Source: Coriobacteriaceae bacterium (GTDB taxonomy: Bacteria > Bacillota > Clostridia > Oscillospirales > CAG-272). From it: 64,000 bases of DNA. A program made the position numbers and the translations under genes. The notes below the pieces were generated by a model that worked only from the letters and a program-made list of their open reading frames with translations, was not told where the DNA came from and made no database searches. Location: contig CAVEOF010000004.1 in NCBI GenBank assembly GCA_963617165.1, positions 3,264-67,263 of the forward strand. Direction: 5' to 3'. Shown here piece after piece: positions 62,389 to 64,000 of this stretch. Positions within the stretch are counted from its first letter, which is position 1, and each line of letters starts with the position of its first letter.

Positions 62389-63219
62389 TTACGGCGTGGG
62401 CGAGGTCTTTTTCGATGCCCTGCTCGGAAGGATGCCGAAATACTTTTTGTAGGTGCGCGTGAAGTAGGAGAGATTTGCAAACCCCGAAGAGAGCGCCGCG
62501 GTGCTGACACTGCTCCCCCCGACGATCATCACGTGCGCGTTTTTGCAGCGGGCAACGTTGAGATATTCAAAGACCGATTGCCCGATGTATTTTCGAAACT
62601 GACGGCAAAGGTAGTAGCGGCTCACCCCCGCCTCGGCGGCAACGCGGTCGAGCGTGATCTCCTCGGTCAGGTGAGAATTGATATATTCGACGGCATCCCG
62701 CACGTGCCGCATCGCCTCGTTTTCGGAGGCATCCGCGTCGGGGGAACGGACGACGCAATATCCCGCATACAGCGGCACGAGAAAGGAGAGGATCGCCGCC
62801 CGTACCCTCGCCGCCGTGTAATCGTCCCGAGGTGCCGCGATCGCCTCGCCGACGGCGCGGAAACGATCGGACAGCCCGAGGTCCCCCCGTATCACTGTGG
62901 GGAAGGAGACGAACTCGACGGGCAGGCGGTTCTCCTTGCAGAAGCCGCGGTCGACGATCAGACAGTCGTAGCGCAGCTCCCCGTCCGATACCGCGGTGTG
63001 AATGACGTTTGAGCCGATGACGACGAGATCCCCCACCCTGACGTCGTAGCTCTTCGCGTCGCAGATGCACTGTCCGCTTCCCCCCGTGATGCAGAGAATC
63101 TCCATATTGGTGTGCCAGTTGCCCGTATCGTTGCGCCGCGTGCGGATGCGGGTGTCCGAATGAAAAATGTAAGGGAAGGCGGCGCCCTCCAGAAGATGCG
63201 TTTCGTAATAGATCGGCAT
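62389..63219 (-). CDS. AraC family transcriptional regulator (cupin plus HTH)
   Basis: ORF 62389..63273. I prefer ATG 63219 (MPIYYETHLLEG). The C-terminal HTH reads LDRVAAEAGVSRYYLCRQFRKYIG...ALSSGFANLSYFTRTYKKYFGILPS. Confidence 0.85.
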   Translation of the reverse strand: MPIYYETHLLEGAAFPYIFHSDTRIRTRRNDTGNWHTNMEILCITGGSGQCICDAKSYDVRVGDLVVIGSNVIHTAVSDGELRYDCLIVDRGFCKENRLPVEFVSFPTVIRGDLGLSDRFRAVGEAIAAPRDDYTAARVRAAILSFLVPLYAGYCVVRSPDADASENEAMRHVRDAVEYINSHLTEEITLDRVAAEAGVSRYYLCRQFRKYIGQSVFEYLNVARCKNAHVMIVGGSSVSTAALSSGFANLSYFTRTYKKYFGILPSRASKKTSPTP

Positions 63220-63374
63220 AGGAACCTCGCAGGGCAAAATTGTGTTAATACAGGACAAGAAAAAGCCTTGCATCCTTTCCTTTTTTATTATACAATAGAT
63301 TTTGGAAAAGTCAAGAATGAGTTTTTCCGAAATAAGAAAATATCCTCGGCAAAGCCGAAAGAAAGGAAGATACT

Positions 63375-64000
63375 ATGTACCGTTTTCCCATCGGCGTGAT
63401 CCTCGAGTCCTTCCGCCTCCCGCGCAGTGAGGCGATCGCCAAGGCGGCAGAGCTCGGCGCCAAAGGCATTCAGATGTATGCGACACGGGGAGAGAACGCT
63501 CCCGAGAATTTAAGCGCCGCCGACAGAGCGGCATTGAAGGCGGAGGTAGAGAGCCGCGGACTCGTCTTTTCCGCCCTTTGCGGCGACCTCGGTCACGGCT
63601 TCGGCGACAAGGAGCTGAACCCCTCCCTGATCGAAAAGTCGAAGGCGATCCTCGAGCTTGCGAACGACCTCGGCACCAACATCATCACGACGCACATCGG
63701 CGTCGTCCCCGCGGACGAGAACGCCGACCGCTATAAAATCATGCAGGAGGCGTGCTATACGCTCGCCGATTTTGCGAAGCGCCACGGCTCCCACTTCGCG
63801 GTGGAGACGGGACCCGAGAAGTCGGATACCCTCCGTCACTTCCTCGATTCGCTCGGCTCGGACGGCGTTGCCGTCAACCTCGACCCCGCGAACCTTTGTA
63901 TGGTCGTCGGCGACGATCCCGTCCACGCGGTCAAGACGCTTGCAAAATACATCGTCCACACTCACGCAAAGGACGGCGTGATGCTGAAGCCCTCGAATCC
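63375..64000 (+). CDS. Sugar phosphate isomerase/epimerase (xylose isomerase-like TIM barrel), runs off the right edge
   Basis: Absent from the ORF track because it is open at the edge. My translation from ATG 63375: [40 protein letters not shown]...[33 protein letters not shown]...[17 protein letters not shown] upstream. Confidence 0.7.
   Translation, partial: MYRFPIGVILESFRLPRSEAIAKAAELGAKGIQMYATRGENAPENLSAADRAALKAEVESRGLVFSALCGDLGHGFGDKELNPSLIEKSKAILELANDLGTNIITTHIGVVPADENADRYKIMQEACYTLADFAKRHGSHFAVETGPEKSDTLRHFLDSLGSDGVAVNLDPANLCMVVGDDPVHAVKTLAKYIVHTHAKDGVMLKPSN

Overview
A 64 kb chromosomal window from a high-GC (visibly about 60 % or more) Firmicutes/Clostridia-type genome. The taxon call is an inference from gene content: sepF-yggT-yggS, mini-RNase III, an ECF RibU behind an FMN riboswitch, glyQS, rpmH-rnpA-yidD-yidC-jag-mnmE, and many near-consensus TTGACA-17-TATAAT promoters. 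All functional calls come from reading the supplied translations and from motif memory; no database search was possible. Contents from left to right:
- Two glycosidase genes (1-1396).
- A 14.3 kb, single-strand, translationally coupled phage virion and packaging cluster (1578-15847). It has no recognisable integrase, repressor, replication, tail-tube/tape-measure or lysis genes.
- An ABC-F ATPase and a polar amino-acid ABC transporter.
- A DUF4160/DUF2442 gene pair.
- rluD, lspA, yggT, sepF and yggS on the minus strand, then mrnC, hisS, ygiQ, pcrA and a HAD phosphatase on the plus strand.
- An MBOAT O-acyltransferase locus with two DltD-like paralogues fused to BspA-type leucine-rich repeats.
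- tRNA-Met and tRNA-Glu, serC, serA, typA, and FMN riboswitch plus ribU.
- A visibly AT-richer araC plus GH127 insertion next to a relic of a glnQ paralogue.
- The origin-proximal block mnmE-jag-yidC-yidD-rnpA-rpmH, without dnaA or mnmG.
- hpt, mtaB and glyQS.
- Three tandem heparinase II/III-like paralogues flanked by an AraC regulator and a TIM-barrel sugar-phosphate isomerase (partial).

The most interesting items are:
- The orphan podovirus-like particle gene cluster.
- A tight cluster of five or six DnaA boxes upstream of pcrA, while the rpmH side has none.
- The LRR-fused MBOAT/DltD-like surface-acylation locus.
- The mosaic heparinase-like triplication.
- An inverted relic duplication of the glnQ 3' end that marks a rearrangement or insertion junction.

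Many long ORFs in the track are antisense or out-of-frame shadows typical of high-GC DNA and were rejected.
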